From positions 62,001 to 126,000 of the forward strand of contig CATNEN010000027.1 in assembly GCA_950097015.1 (NCBI GenBank): a stretch of 64,000 nt of DNA, read 5' to 3'. The notes under the pieces are model-generated. The model ran no database searches, was not told the DNA's origin, and saw nothing but the letters and a program-made list of their open reading frames with translations. How positions within the stretch are numbered: position 1 is the stretch's first letter; the number at the start of each line of letters is the position of its first letter. Of this stretch, positions 11,127 to 24,189 are shown one piece after another. The position numbers were made by a program, and so were the translations under genes. This DNA comes from Macrostomum hystrix. Lineage: Eukaryota; Animalia; Platyhelminthes.

Positions 11127-12124
11127 AGGAATTAAGTTTTCATTAGTATTGGGCAGAGGCGGACTGTATCAACCCGTATTAAGATTTTCTGATATCTAAA
11201 CTCGTGCCAGAAAGGCGTTAGAAATCGCAAATAGCTCGACACCGTCGTACGCACACACCCACCTCACGCCGGTCAACACCCACCTCACGCCGGCCAACAG
11301 CCACCACGATTCTGGCTTCACATGCGATCAGTCGTACTGTTAACAGTTTCTCACCCAATTACTTTTAGTAGTACGACATCGAACGAGTGGTGCATTTTTT
11401 ATCGGGAAATAAAGAAACTGTGATTTTGTCTTTTAGTTCGCGAGCAAATACAAGTATAAGTGACTTCAGATGTACCTTCTTGTAAAATTGCTACGAGCCC
11501 TTAAACTCGTAGGGCTCGCATGAGTAAAATGCTTATTGTTAGTTTAGTTTTGTTAATTCCCAAGATTAAGATGCTATTGTCGCTTCTCACACAGCCTGCA
11601 GGTCGAAGGCTGAAATATATCTGCTTGCTTTTGTGTAATGCGGCAACAACTTATCAAATTTTGCTTCTGTGCGCTGAATTCTGTTTAAAATAAACAACTG
11701 GAATTCGTTTCGCATAGCTCTGAAGCCGATTGCCGAAATAACCGATACAACCGATTCAGAGAAATATTTCGCCTCGTTTGCTCGAATCCGAAATTGTTTT
11801 ATTCGAAAAAGTGCATAGCCGCTTTACTTTAAAAATCCAATTTATTTTATCGATGCGTGCTTCATTTAGCAAAGTCATTTGTTGAAATAATTTTGACACT
11901 CTAGTCGAGGAGTTCCTGATTATTCAGGCGTGATAACTCTAAGCCGTCAGGTGCGCTGATGAAAGTTTAGATAGGAAAAATTGATGAACATGGGGACTAA
12001 TTTCCGTTCGCTAGCTAAGCCTTCACAAGATTTAGTTGGATTTTTTTCCATTAAAAAGTTTTAAAATTGCCTAAAGTGACTGGAGACAAGAAAAATTTAT
12101 TTTGCTAGTTTTTCTCCGGATAAA

Positions 12125-12625
12125 GTGGAGTTTTGTGATTTCAATGAGGAGAGGTGGGTGTAGTGAGTGGAGTTTTGTGATTTCAATGAGGAGAGGTGGG
12201 TGTAGTGAGTGGAGTTTTGTGATTTCAATGAGGAGAGGTGGGTGTAGTGAGTGGAGTGCTGTGATTTCAATGAGGAGAGGTGGGTGTAGTGAGTGGAGTG
12301 CTGTGATTTCAATGAGGAGAGGTGGGTGTAGTGAGTGGAGTGCTGTGATTTCAATGAGGGGAGGTGGGTGTAGTGAGTGGAGTTTTGTGATTTCAATGAG
12401 GAGAGGTGGGTGTAGTGAGTGGAGTGCTGTGATTTCAATGAGGAGAGGTGGGTGTAGTGAGTGGAGTGCTGTGATTTCAATGAGGGGAGGTGGGTGTAGT
12501 GAGTGGAGTGCTGTGATTTCAATGAGGGGAGGTGGGTGTAGTGAGTGGAGTGCTGTGATTTCAATGAGGAGAGGTGGGTGTAGTGAGTGGAGTGCTGTGA
12601 TTTCAATGAGGAGAGGTGGTTGAGA
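12125..12625. repeat. 42-bp minisatellite (gtgatttcaatgaggagaggtgggtgtagtgagtggagtgct), about 12 copies
   Basis: Direct tandem repetition. Confidence 0.95.
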
Positions 12626-12905
12626 GTGGAAGTTGTGATTTTGTCAAATATCAATGGGTTAAGGAAGCGAATACAAAATCTTGAGCTGTGATTCGCTGAG
12701 CTCAATCAACTCAGTTGAGTTCATCAACGAACAAAGTTAATATCGGTCTTCCAATGTCCCATTGGTTCTAGTCAATTTTTCTATTTAAATTCTGTTAGAT
12801 GCTTTCGCAGTCCAATAAGAGATAGAAAGCGTTGGCATCTGGACGCACGGGAATTTCTTCTCAGGATCATTTGAGGTTGGCGGATAGGTGCGGCTCCATC
12901 CGGCA

Positions 12906-14063
12906 ATGCAGCTGTCACTCACCTGCCTGGCCGTGAGCCAGGCCGCCCTGGCCGCCCACCTCACTCCCCTGGCCTTCCTGCCCGAGCTTCGCCGTCTCTA
13001 CGGCTGGCCTCAGGTTGCCGCGCTGGCCGCCCAGACAGTTGGCGCGGCCGCCCAGCTAGTTGCCGGAATCGTCGATTTACAACGCCGACAACATCGCGAA
13101 GGAGTGATCGACGACGCAACAACAACAACGGTCTCCTTGATCCTCCTGACGGCCGGCAACTTGTTGGGCCACCTCTGCCAGCTGCTGTCGGCCAGTCTAG
13201 TCGCGGTCGGTGCCGCCGCTCTCTGGCATCGGCGCGGGCATCGTCGTTGTAGGCGACTGCGCAGCCGATTGGTCCGACGCCCGCCACCGTCTGGCGCCGC
13301 TCTTGTTGTGATCGATCCTGGTGACGGCCGGCGCCGATTGGCCGCCAGTGTAGCTCTCTGCGCAGTTCTAGCCGGCATGCCAGTCGGGCTGGCCACCGCC
13401 GCTGCTGGGCTGGCCGCCGGCGACGGTTCATCACCATTAGAAAAGTTGGACGTCGGCTACAGCCGGGTCAGTGCCGCGCTGCTGTTTCACAACTGCAGCG
13501 GGGGCGAGGTCGGCCAAGCGGCCAGCGGCTACGCCATGCTGATGGCTGGCCCGGCTACCCTGCTCTACTGGTTGCTGCTGCCGCCGCTGCTCCTGCTACG
13601 TCGCGATCTACTGCCCGAAGCGCAGGCGGCTACCTGTGAGGCGGCCGCCGCGGCCGCCGCAGCCGCAGCGGCTACCGCCGGCCGAACCGGCGTCATCGGC
13701 GCCACCGCCAGGAGCGCAGCAGCCACTGCGGTGGCAGCCAGCGCCGAAGCCGCCTCACACGGCGTGCAACTGCTGTGCCGCATGGCCGGCTCGCAGTCCG
13801 TTGTGTGGCCCTGCGGCCTCCTAGCCCTGGCGCTGCACCCCAGCTGTGAGGCTCTCTGCCTATGGTACGTGTTCCACATGCTGCAGGCGATGCAGTCCAT
13901 CTACCTTGGCGTTGCCTGCCTGCTGGCCAGAGGTCCCGTTGACATCCTGATGCGAGTGTCCCGATGCCGCCCCAGAGTTGACCGGCCCGCTGCCGCCGCC
14001 GTGGAGCAGCCGATGCTCCCAGCGGATACTGCGGAACGCTGCGTGGATCAGGCTCGGGTTTGA
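12906..14063 (+). CDS. Methuselah-like / adhesion-class 7TM GPCR-like membrane protein, 385 aa from first ATG
   Basis: Seven hydrophobic segments; FLPELRRLYG after TM1 (Mth-like LPELR), Cys in ECL2, TM6 W, TM7 YVFHMLQAMQSIYL. Coding-like GC content and Ala tracts. Start site uncertain. Confidence 0.65.
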   Translation: MQLSLTCLAVSQAALAAHLTPLAFLPELRRLYGWPQVAALAAQTVGAAAQLVAGIVDLQRRQHREGVIDDATTTTVSLILLTAGNLLGHLCQLLSASLVAVGAAALWHRRGHRRCRRLRSRLVRRPPPSGAALVVIDPGDGRRRLAASVALCAVLAGMPVGLATAAAGLAAGDGSSPLEKLDVGYSRVSAALLFHNCSGGEVGQAASGYAMLMAGPATLLYWLLLPPLLLLRRDLLPEAQAATCEAAAAAAAAAAATAGRTGVIGATARSAAATAVAASAEAASHGVQLLCRMAGSQSVVWPCGLLALALHPSCEALCLWYVFHMLQAMQSIYLGVACLLARGPVDILMRVSRCRPRVDRPAAAAVEQPMLPADTAERCVDQARV

Positions 14064-14224
14064 CTGTCGAGATGCCTACTTAACCGCACAATCCTCTGAC
14101 CCACCGAATTAATAACATGACAGCAAAGTGTTTTAGCTTCTAGATTTCTCGTTAATGCGCAATAACGAAATATCCACGATGTTTGTCACAAGTACGCTTC
14201 AAATCGTAATTTTTCATTTTTTTC

Positions 14225-15215
14225 TCAAACAGCACCACACACCGAACTGGGGTCACTAGCTGCCTGCAGTCGGTCAGCACCCCACACCGAACTGGGGTCA
14301 CTAGCTGCCTGCAGTCGGTCAGCACACCACACCGAACTGGGGTCACTAGCTGCCTGCAGTCGGGCAGCACACCACACCGAACTGGGGTCACTAGCTGCCT
14401 GCAGTGGGGCAGCACCCCACACCGAACTGGGGTCACTATCTGCCTGCAGTCGGTCAGCACCCCACACCGAACTGGGGTCACTAGCTGCCTGCAGTCGGTC
14501 AGCACCCCACACCGAACTGGGGTCACTAGCTGCCTGCAGTCGGTCAGCACCCCACACCGAACTGGGGTCACTAGCTGCCTGCAGTCGGGCAGCACCCCAC
14601 ACCGAACTGGGGTCACTAGCTGCCTGCAGTCGGGCAGCACACCACACCGAACTGGGGTCACTAGCTGCCTGCAGTCGGGCAGCACACTACACCGAACTGG
14701 GGTCACTAGCTGCCTGCAGTCGGGCAGCACACCACACCGAACTGGGGTCACTAGCTGCCTGCAGTCGGGCAGCACACCACACCGAACTGGGGTCACTAGC
14801 TGCCTGCAGTCGGGCAGCAAACTACACCGAACTGGGGTCACTAGCTGCCTGCAGTCGGGCAGCACACTACACCGAACTGGGTCACTAGCTGCCTGCAGTC
14901 GGGCAGCAAACTACACCGAACTGGGGTCACTAGCTGCCTGCAGTCGGGCAGCACACCACACCGAACTGGGGTCACTAGCTGCCTGCAGTCGGGCAGCAAA
15001 CTACACCGAACTGGGGTCACTAGCTGCCTGCAGTCGGGCAGCACACCACACCGAACTGGGGTCACTAGCTGCCTGCAGTCGGGCAGCACACCACACCGAA
15101 CTGGGGTCCCTAGCTGCCTGCAGTCGGGCAGCACACCACACCGAACTGGGGTCCCTAGCTGCCTGCAGTCGGGCAGCACACCACACCGAACTGGGGTCAC
15201 TAGCTGCCTGCAACT
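14225..15215. repeat. 42-bp minisatellite (cacaccgaactggggtcactagctgcctgcagtcgggcagca), about 23-24 copies
   Basis: Direct tandem repetition with no unique spacers. Confidence 0.95.
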
Positions 15216-15789
15216 CTACAGCAGCCCACAATTGCAAATTTCAAAGACATCGTTTGTTGTTTAGCTAGTTTTTAAAAGACGGAATAATATTAGTGTTAAT
15301 GTTTAAAAAGTTGATAGCGTTTTTATACACGCTAGACGAAGCAATTTAGTCTGAATTGCTCATTTTTTAACAAGAAAATATACACATAAAAATGTTGTGC
15401 ACTCTTATCATGACTGTAGCGGCTAAAATGGAATACAAAAAGTGTATGGTAACAACACAAAGACACGAAAAACTATTGCATGCATTTTAACAAAGCCCTC
15501 GTACATAAATAATTAATCTGGAAGTATGCCAGTGCATATGGAGTGTCGAAAGTCGAAACCAAGGTGCTTATTAAGACATTCCGGTCCATGGAGAGAAAAT
15601 GGCATGTTAGGTGAGGCTAGCGGGGCGTTACTTCAACTTCCTTCTTCATTTCCAGAGCGAACCAGTCGAACAGATTCTCAAGGGAAGAGTTCAGGTGACT
15701 ACCTTGCAATCAAGGCCCACTTTCAGCCTTGGCCAGGGCAGCTGCTGTTAGTATTTTGTTGCTGCTGAATCAAGGACTCTTCAAGTAGA

Positions 15790-15990
15790 ATTCGGTAACT
15801 TTCTTAATCTGACTTCGGACTCAGAAAAGTTCTCGTTCTCGTTCAGAAAAGCTGATCCGTATGGTGGACTTTCATGAAAATCGGTCATTCGTTTGGGAGC
15901 TGGCGTGAAGTAGGCAGCGGGTATTTGAAATAGCTCCGTGGTGTTTCCCTAGGGGGGAGAACTTCGCGTGTTTCTACTGCTAATGGGTCT
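15790..15990 (-). mobile_element. Dispersed repeat, related to 5975-6195
   Basis: About 80 nt of strong identity to the reverse complement of 6030-6110, with weaker flanking similarity. Confidence 0.6.
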
Positions 15991-16188
15991 TAAACTCGTT
16001 TCGACATTTTGTGCCATATGGACAACGTCAGAGTGCACTGGAATCCAGTATTTTGATCATCTTGAATTGAACGCAGCTACGAGTGGAACGCCAAAAGCTT
16101 TACTACAGTAAACGACTCATTAAAGCAATACGACAAAAACTATACGCCATACTAAAGCTATACGCCCGTAAAACAAATCCGCGCGAAT

Positions 16189-18955
16189 TCAAATCTCGTG
16201 CACCAGGCAGTTAGACTTTTCGTAAGCGAAGACTTGCTTTAGGAAGCGCATGATGACGTTGGAGCCGCAGCTCACAATCTCGGCCGGCACGTGACTCATT
16301 CGGCACTGGTCTATGTTGAGTATTTCGAGTCTGGCGCATTGCGACAGAGCCGACGGTAGATTGTCCAGCTCGCGATTGTCATTCAGGTAGAGCTCCTGCA
16401 GGCTAGACATTCGGCCAATCTCTCTGGGCACCTCGGCGAGCTGGTTCTCGTTCAGCCGGAGCAGAGTTAGCTGGGACAGCAGCGTCACGCCCATAGGGAC
16501 GGTTGTCAGGCAGTTGCCGGTGAGGCTTAGCTCTCGCAGCTCGCCCAGCTGGCTGATGTCAAGCGGCAGGTCCACGAGGAGGTTGTAGTCGAGCAGGAGA
16601 GAGCGCAATGCGGCGCAGTTGCCGATGCTGTCAGGCAGGCAGGCGAGCTGGTTGTCGCTCAGTGACAGAGAGCGCAGCTTGCGCATGTGGCCAATCTCTT
16701 CCGGGAGGCGCTCCAGTCGATTGCCGCTGAGGTCGAGCTCGACCAGGTTGCGCAGACTAGCTGCGGTCTCCGGCGACAGGGCGACAAGTTCGTTGCTGCT
16801 CAAGCTGAGCTTGGCCAGCTGGCGAGCCGACGCGAAAGCGCCGTCGGGAATGTCGGCAATCTGGTTGTGATCCAGGGCCAGAGCCTGGGTGCCCATGAAC
16901 TGGGCGTTGCTGCCGGCTGGGAAGCGTTTGAACCGGTTCCGAGACAGAACGATGGTGTTCAGACCGCGCATCGAGGCCAGCAGGCCGTCAGGCAGGCTTG
17001 GTACACTGTTGTTCTCAATGTTGAGCTCCTGCAGCTTCTGACAATTGGCCAGGGTGCGGGGCAGCTGGGTCAAGCCGTTGTACTTCAGGCACAGGCGGGT
17101 GAGGTTGCGCAGGTCGCCCATGTGGTCGGGCAGGCTGGTGAGGTTATTGTGCTGCAGGTTGCAGTCAGAGAGCAGAAGACATCGGCCCAGTTCCTCAGGC
17201 ACGGATTTGATCTTGTTGTGCGACAGGTCCAATTTGACCAGCTGGCGCAGTGTTCCAATGCTGGACGGAATAGCGCCGTCGATACAGTTGCTATTGACAA
17301 CCAGTACCATGAGGCTGATGAGGCTGCCAATCTCCGGGTCGATTTCGCTGATGCGGTTGTAGGTCAACAGCAGCTGAGTGAGGCCGTACAGCTTGTAGAT
17401 GACTGGCGGCATTCGGCCTTCCAGCTTGTTGTGGCGCAGGTCCAACACTCGCAGTTTGGTGAGGTACTGCATGGACATTGGGAGGCAGGCTAGGTGATTC
17501 TGCTGCAACATCAGCTTCTCCAGGCTGACCATCGCGCCAATTTCGTCTGGCAGTTGGCTGAGCTTGTTACCGTACAGGTACAGCTCCGTCACAAAGTTCA
17601 GGTCGCGAACGTTCGACGGTAGGGTCAAGAGGCGCTGGCCCGACAGGTCTAGACGGGTTTCGGCGCCAGCTTTGCACCGGGCAATGTCCTTGGAGATGTC
17701 TGGGCTCTTTTCTTTGAAGGCAGCCTTCTTGATGGCTTCCAGCTTCACTCGACGTGGCGGCTGCACCATCACCTGTAAGAGTTTGAACGTAGTGTTTGAG
17801 CCCAGACATAACCCAAAATATTTAGACACGGAACTTACGAGTTAAATTGGGAACCCACCATACTGGTTACGTATGGAACCCACTGGCTAGAAAGGGAACC
17901 CACCTGTTCTATTTTTAGAGAGAACCCGCCTGTTGGTTAAACTTGGAGAGGGAATCTAAAAGTTACTTAAGGAGGGATTACACCTGTTGGTTGGAGGGAA
18001 TCCACCTGTTGGTTGGAGGGAATCCACCTGTTGGTTGGAGGGAATCCACCTCTTTGTTAGAGAGGGAATCCACCTGCTAATTAAAGAGGGAATCCACCTC
18101 TTTGTTAGAGAGGGAATCCACCTGCTAATTAAAGAGGGAATCCATCTCTTAGTTAGAGAGGGAATCCACCTGCTAATTAAAGAGGGAATCCATCTCTTAG
18201 TTAGAGAGGGAACCCACCTGCTAATTAAAGAGGGAATCCACCTCTTTGTTAGAGAGGGAACCCACCTGCTAATTAAAGTGGTAATCCACCTGTTTGTTAG
18301 AGAGGGAATCCACCTGCTAGCTAGAGAGAGGGAATCTACATGTTAAAGAGAGAGGGAATCCACCTGTTAGAGAGAGGGAATCCTCTTGTTAGAGAGAGGG
18401 AATCCACCTGTTAGAGAGAGGGAATCCACCTGTTAGAGAGAGGGAATCCTCCTGTTAGAGAGAGGGAATCCTCCTGTTAGAGAGAGGGAATCCTCCTGTT
18501 AGAGAGAGGGAATCCTCCTGTTAGAGAGAGGGAATCCTCCTGTTAGAGAGAGGGAGGGAGTCCACCGAGGGAATTGCTCAGGGAACCCAAAACAAGTTGA
18601 GCTTAGATCACCCTGTCGCAATCAAAGAGCTCTACCCGCATCCCACCGTCTTCGGCTGCTTCGCCGACCCACTCGGCCGATCGAATGCCGACGTTGACGC
18701 CCCGGTGCCAGGTGGACTGCTGCCCAACGGCGAGAACATCGCGAATCCGCGCTTCTCCATCGCCTCCTCCGTCGTCTCGTTCGCACCGTCGTCGTAGCGG
18801 CGAAACAGCTGATACTCTCGGCTGTAGTTGTGCAGGCGCTCCGCTTTGTTGCCGCCGCCTCCACCTCCAGCACAGCTGGAGCCCAGCAGGGTCGAGTTCA
18901 TGAGGCTGCCGCCCTCGGCGCCGCTGGCTCTGCTATCGCCGGACTTCTTCGGCAT
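16189..18955 (-). CDS. SHOC2: Leucine-rich repeat scaffold SHOC2/SUR-8, about 630 aa; exons 18955-18647, 17772-16189
   Basis: Roughly 20 LRRs beginning RLDLS..LTELYLYGNKL, LDLRHNKL, as in SHOC2. The phase-0 junction gives KQPKT|VMVQPP. The donor (gtggga) is weak, so the exon 1 end is less certain. Confidence 0.88.
17850..18560. repeat. gagggaatccacctg-core array in the SHOC2 intron (22-bp, then about 48-bp dimer, then 22-bp units)
   Basis: Direct tandem repetition with changing unit structure. Confidence 0.92.
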
Positions 18956-19749
18956 TTCCGCTCTCAGCTTTTCTCAGTTGCTTTAGCTAAAACAGTACAA
19001 TCTGGTCCGAACTAAAATAAGGAGACTCTTATCTTTAATGTGTGCTTCAAGCCGCTTGGCGAATGAACTCCCAACCTTCTGTCACTTAAGCTGTTTTGCT
19101 ACCTGTTTCCTTTCTAGACTTCTCTGCGTATTTTCGTAGCGGACCGCTTAAAATAAAAATTCCTAGATATGCTTCGGACTTGTAGAGAGAGCGACAACTA
19201 TTTATTTGGGTCGCCAGTCCAGCAGTGGACCATTATATTTAAATTCTTGACTGACGGTGGTGCCTGGATGAAATCACACCCAGGGAAAGAGAGAGAAGCT
19301 AGCTAAGCGTGTGTCGCGACTTGATGATAAGGCCCAAAACAGCGCCATTAAATATGATAGAGTGCTGGTTTGTTTGTACAGGACTAGACGTATGTACATC
19401 GTATTTTTTGGCGCTAATGTACATTAAATGGGGGTGGCGGGTCTTGGCGTCGGCCTTAAAGTCAAGCTAAAGCATCACGCGCAGGTTGCGTGGGTCCAGC
19501 CTTCAGACTGCTGGGGCCAGGCTGAGAAAGATCACCCCAAATCCAGGGCATGATATTGTTTTCGATTGTCTGTACGCCAAGTTAACGAGACAATTAGTGA
19601 CTGACAGCTAGAAAGGCTGTACACCATTGCTTGTGGAATGTTATTTATTGAAAGCCACATAAAGAATAAATACGTATAAAGAAAATTTTAAATTTTCCTT
19701 TTAGAAAAAAACTTATTTCTTGATCTCGGTATAACCAGGCCCATAGCTC

Positions 19750-20285
19750 CTCATCCCTCAGCTACTCCATCTATTCCCTCAGCTACTCCATCTATCCCCT
19801 CAGCTACTTTATCTATCCCCTCAGCTACTTTATCTATCCCCTCAGCTACTTTATCTATCCCCTCAGCTACTCCATCTATCCCCTCAGCTACTCCATCTAT
19901 CCCCTCAGCTACTTTATCTATCCCCTCAGCTACTCCATCTATCCCCTCAGCTACTCCATCTATCCCCTCAGCTACTCCATCTATCCCCTCAGCTACTCCA
20001 TCTTTCCCCTCAGCTACTCCATCTATCCCCTCAGCTACTCCATCTTTCCCCTCAGCTACTCCATCTATCCCCTCAGCTACTCCATCTATCCCCTCAGCTA
20101 CTCAATCTATCCCCTCAGCTACTCCATCTTTCCCCTCAGCTACTCCATCTATCCCCTCAGCTACTCCATCTTTCCCCTCAGCTACTCCATCTATCCCCTC
20201 AGCAAATCCATCTATCCAACAATCCAATAATATATCTTCTCAGCTAATCCATCAATTCCTCTCAGCTACTCCATCTATACCCCTA
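19750..20285. repeat. 21-bp minisatellite (ccctcagctactccatctatc), about 25 copies
   Basis: Period 21 read directly. Confidence 0.95.
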
Positions 20286-20829
20286 GCCAGTCCATTTTCC
20301 ACTTTCGTGTCAAATCACCGAATGATTCGTCAAAAACTAAATTAACACGCGCCACATATACGTGAGTGGAAAACGCAGATTCGCTAAACTACACGAGCTC
20401 ATCACTTTTGTGACAGCAGCAGAAGCTTGAGCTTGGTGATCTCATTCAAAGTCGAGGACACTCGACGACAAGAGCTGTAAATTATTTTTATCGAAATCCC
20501 ATGATTGCAAAATACTCGGAGCTATATGTATTTATATATAGCTATATTCGTTTGAGAGGCCGCATTTTTAATTAGCGAGCCGTCAAAGGAAGCCGAGAGA
20601 ATCTTGTGGGAGCTGCAATTTAACAGTACCTATCTTTTATCCTCATCCTTGGACAACCGACACAAAAGGAAGCTGGGAATGAGGCTGAAGAGGGGAAAAC
20701 GAGAAATTCCTACGGCCCTCTCTGGTCAGGAATTAGGAGAAAGAAGAGAGATGCTAGCAAATGTAGATCACATGGTAGCTGTATGCCTTTTAGTAAATAC
20801 AAAATCATTCACACATACACACTACTATG

Positions 20830-22080
20830 ACTGGTTAAAGGATAATTAGAGGGTTATGACAGGAGGATAATGAGAGGATTAGGACTGGAGGATAATGAGA
20901 GGATTAGGGCTGGAGGATAATTAGAGGATTATGACTGGTTAAAGGATAATTAGAGGGTTATGACAGGAGGATAATGAGAGGATTATGACTGGTTAAAGGA
21001 TAATTAGAGGGTTATGACAGGAGGATAATGAGAGGATTATGACTGGTTAAAGGATAATTAGAGGGTTATGACAGGAGGATAATTAGAGGATTATGACTGG
21101 TTAAAGGATAATTAGAGGATTATGACAGGAGGATAATGAGAGGATTATGACCGGAGGATAATGAGAGGATTATGACAGGAGGATAATGAGAGGATTATGA
21201 CTGGTTGACGGATAATTAGAGGATTATGACAGGAGGATAATGAGAGGATTATGACCGGAGGATAATTAGAGGGTTATGACAGGAGGATAATGAGAGGATT
21301 ATGACAGGAGGATACTGAGAGGATTATGACCGGAGGATAATGAGAGGATTATGACAGGAGGATAATGAGAGGATTATGACTGGTTGACGGATAATTAGAG
21401 GATTATGACAGGAGGATAATGAGAGGATTATGACCGGAGGATAATTAGAGGGTTATGACAGGAGGATAATGAGAGGATTATGACAGGAGGATACTGAGAG
21501 GATTATGACCGGAGGATAATGAGAGGATTATGACAGGAGGATAATGAGAGGATTATGACTGGTTGACGGATAATTAGAGGATTAGGACTGGAGGATAATG
21601 AGAGGATTATGACTGGTTAAAGGATAATTAGAGGATTATGGCAGGAGGATAATGAGAGTAATGGCTGGAGGATAATTAGAGGATTATGGCAGGAGGATAA
21701 TGAGAGTAATGGCTGGAGGATAATTAGAGGATTGTGGCAGGAGGATAATGAGAGTAATGGCTGGAGGATAATTAGAGGATTGTGGCAGGAGGATAATGAG
21801 AGTAATGGCTGGAGGATAATTAGAGGATTGTGGCAGGAGGATAATGAGAGTAATGGCTGGAGGATAATTAGAGGATTATGGCAGGAGGATAATGAGAGTA
21901 ATGGCTGGAGGATAATTAGAGGATTATGGCAGGAGGATAATGAGAGTAATGGCTGGAGGATAATTAGAGGATTATGGCAGGAGGATAATGAGAGTAATGG
22001 CTGGAGGATAATTAGAGGATTATGGCAGGAGGATAATGAGGGTAATGACTGGAGGATAATTAGAGGGTTGTGACTGATTA
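20830..22080. repeat. Composite gaggataa-core array (25/28-bp units, ending in a 48-bp dimer)
   Basis: Period 25 at 21121-21171; 48-bp repeat from about 21640. Confidence 0.93.
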
Positions 22081-22738
22081 GACGATAATGAGGACTATAA
22101 CCGATGGAAGGATCATGAGAGGGTTATGGCTGATATTAAGCGAATCAATTATGCAATGCTTTTCGCCGTATAAATTGACAATTCAACTTTTTTAGTAATT
22201 TAGACTTCTTGTCTTTATTACAAGAAGTGAGTAGCTTCACTAATGCTGCTGTTATCTAATAAGTGGTCATTGTACCAAATGTCTCAGTGACAGCTTGTGG
22301 GAGCTGGCTATTTAAACAGATAAGATATACAGCAATTAAAATCATGCGGTACAGTTAGCTCATGGTAGAGAACTGCAGGAAAATTTGCACTAAGCCCATT
22401 ATCTAGTCTCCCTCAGACGATAACATCGGGTGTTATTGTTGGCAGCACAAGCCAAAATTTGAGGTCAAGAGTTTGACTGGCTCGCTGCGCTAAGTGTACT
22501 TTTTTCGAAGAAGAATTAGCATATTATTGTTACAGAATACAGACCAGCCATAAAGAAAACGCGGAGAAAACAACACAGATTGCTTTGCTTCAGAACAGCA
22601 CTTAGAAAAATTGGGTCCAGCCAAGCATTGCAAACTATTTGTTTGCAGGAAATGCACAACATGACACAGCTGGGCATCCTGTTTGACTGCTAGGCCAGGC
22701 CTACAGTTAGAATGACTCATTGGGAATGATTGGCTTAC

Positions 22739-23625
22739 AGGGTAATGACCAACGAGAAGGAAATGGATAGGGTAATGACCAACGAGAAGGAAATGGATAG
22801 GGTAATGACCAACGAGAAGGAAATGGATAGGGTAATGACCAACGAGAAGGAAATGGATAGGGTAATGACCAACGAGAAGGAAATGGATAGGGTATTGACC
22901 AACGAGAAGGAAATGGATAGGGTATTGACCAACGAGAAGGAAATGGATAGGGTAATGACCAACGAGAAAGAAATGGATAGGGTAATGACCAACGAGAAGG
23001 AAATGGATAGGGTAATGACCAACGAGAAGGAAATGGATAGGGTAATGACCAATGAGAAAGAAATGGATAGGGTATTGACCAACGAGAAGGAAATGGATAG
23101 GGTAATGACCAACGAGAAGGAAATGGATAGGGTATTGACCAACGAGAAGGAAATGGATAGGGTATTGACCAACGAGAAGGAAATGGATAGGGTAATGACC
23201 AACGAGAAGGAAATGGATAGGGTATTGACCAACGAGAAGGAAATTGATAGGGTATTGACCAACGAGAAGGAAATGGATAGGGTATTGACCAACGAGAAGG
23301 AAATGGATAGGGTAATGACCAACGAGAAAGAAATGGATAGGGTATTGACCAACGAGAAGGAAATGGATAGGGTATTGACCAACGAGAAGGAAATGGATAG
23401 GGTATTGACCAACGAGAAGGAAATGGATAGGGTATTGACCAACGAGAAGGAAATGGATAGGGTATTGACCAACGAGAAGGAAATGGATAGGTTAATGACC
23501 AACGAGAAGGAAATGGATAGGGTATTGACCAACGAGAAAGAAATGGATAGGGTAATGACCAACGAGAAGGAAATGGATAGGGTAATGACCAACGAGAAGG
23601 AAATGGATAGGGCAATGACCAACCT
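22739..23625. repeat. 30-bp minisatellite (agggtaatgaccaacgagaaggaaatggat), about 29 copies
   Basis: Period 30, near-identical units. Confidence 0.96.
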
Positions 23626-24189
23626 GAGAGACACAAAGAGGGTTATGATCACAAAAAATGAGTTAATAATAAACATTAAAGAAGGGTAGAAATGGTTCAG
23701 AAAGCAGGATAGTGTTAGTTATAATAAAATAATCGAAGCAATTACCCGAGCAACCAGTAACCAGGCATATTCTTTGCGCCAATGATGGTGCAGATTTCCA
23801 AAGAAGGCAAATTAATTCAGATTTTATTTTAAATAGCATTCGAAGAAATGCACAATTTACATCCGAGACATGCTACTACCAGTAAATAACAACACATGAA
23901 AATGTGATACTCTTGCACAAGTATAATATGCTTAAACGAAGTGAAAAAAAAATTAAATTACACTCAATAAAAAACGAATGCAACAAAATCGCGCAATATA
24001 CTGGAGCATCAAATAAGAAAATAAATTAGCAAAATATTAGTAACATAAAACTGCAAGAAAACAATGCTGCTTTTGTGTAAGCATACAGGTTTCTCTTATG
24101 GGAATTTGTTGAATAAAGAGCATCGTGATTCGATTTGATGCTGGTTTAAACTTTGTATTAACTGACGGAAATTTATTGGCGAGGATGTC

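Noticed and set aside
14225-15215. CRISPR-like appearance of this and other arrays
   Set aside because: Units are contiguous with no unique spacers, there are no cas genes, and the context is eukaryotic.
12097-15237. Repeat-peptide ORFs at 12.1-12.7 kb and 14.1-15.2 kb
   Set aside because: 42-bp minisatellites whose unit length is a multiple of three.
16619-17845. Overlapping plus-strand ORFs opposite SHOC2 (likewise opposite CDK20, DBR1, staufen and the RGG gene)
   Set aside because: Shadow ORFs of GC-rich coding sequence.
22707-23689. Three overlapping ORFs of about 310 aa (MDRVMTNEKE etc.)
   Set aside because: A 30-bp unit that lacks stops in several frames; no synonymous divergence, splice context or unique domain.
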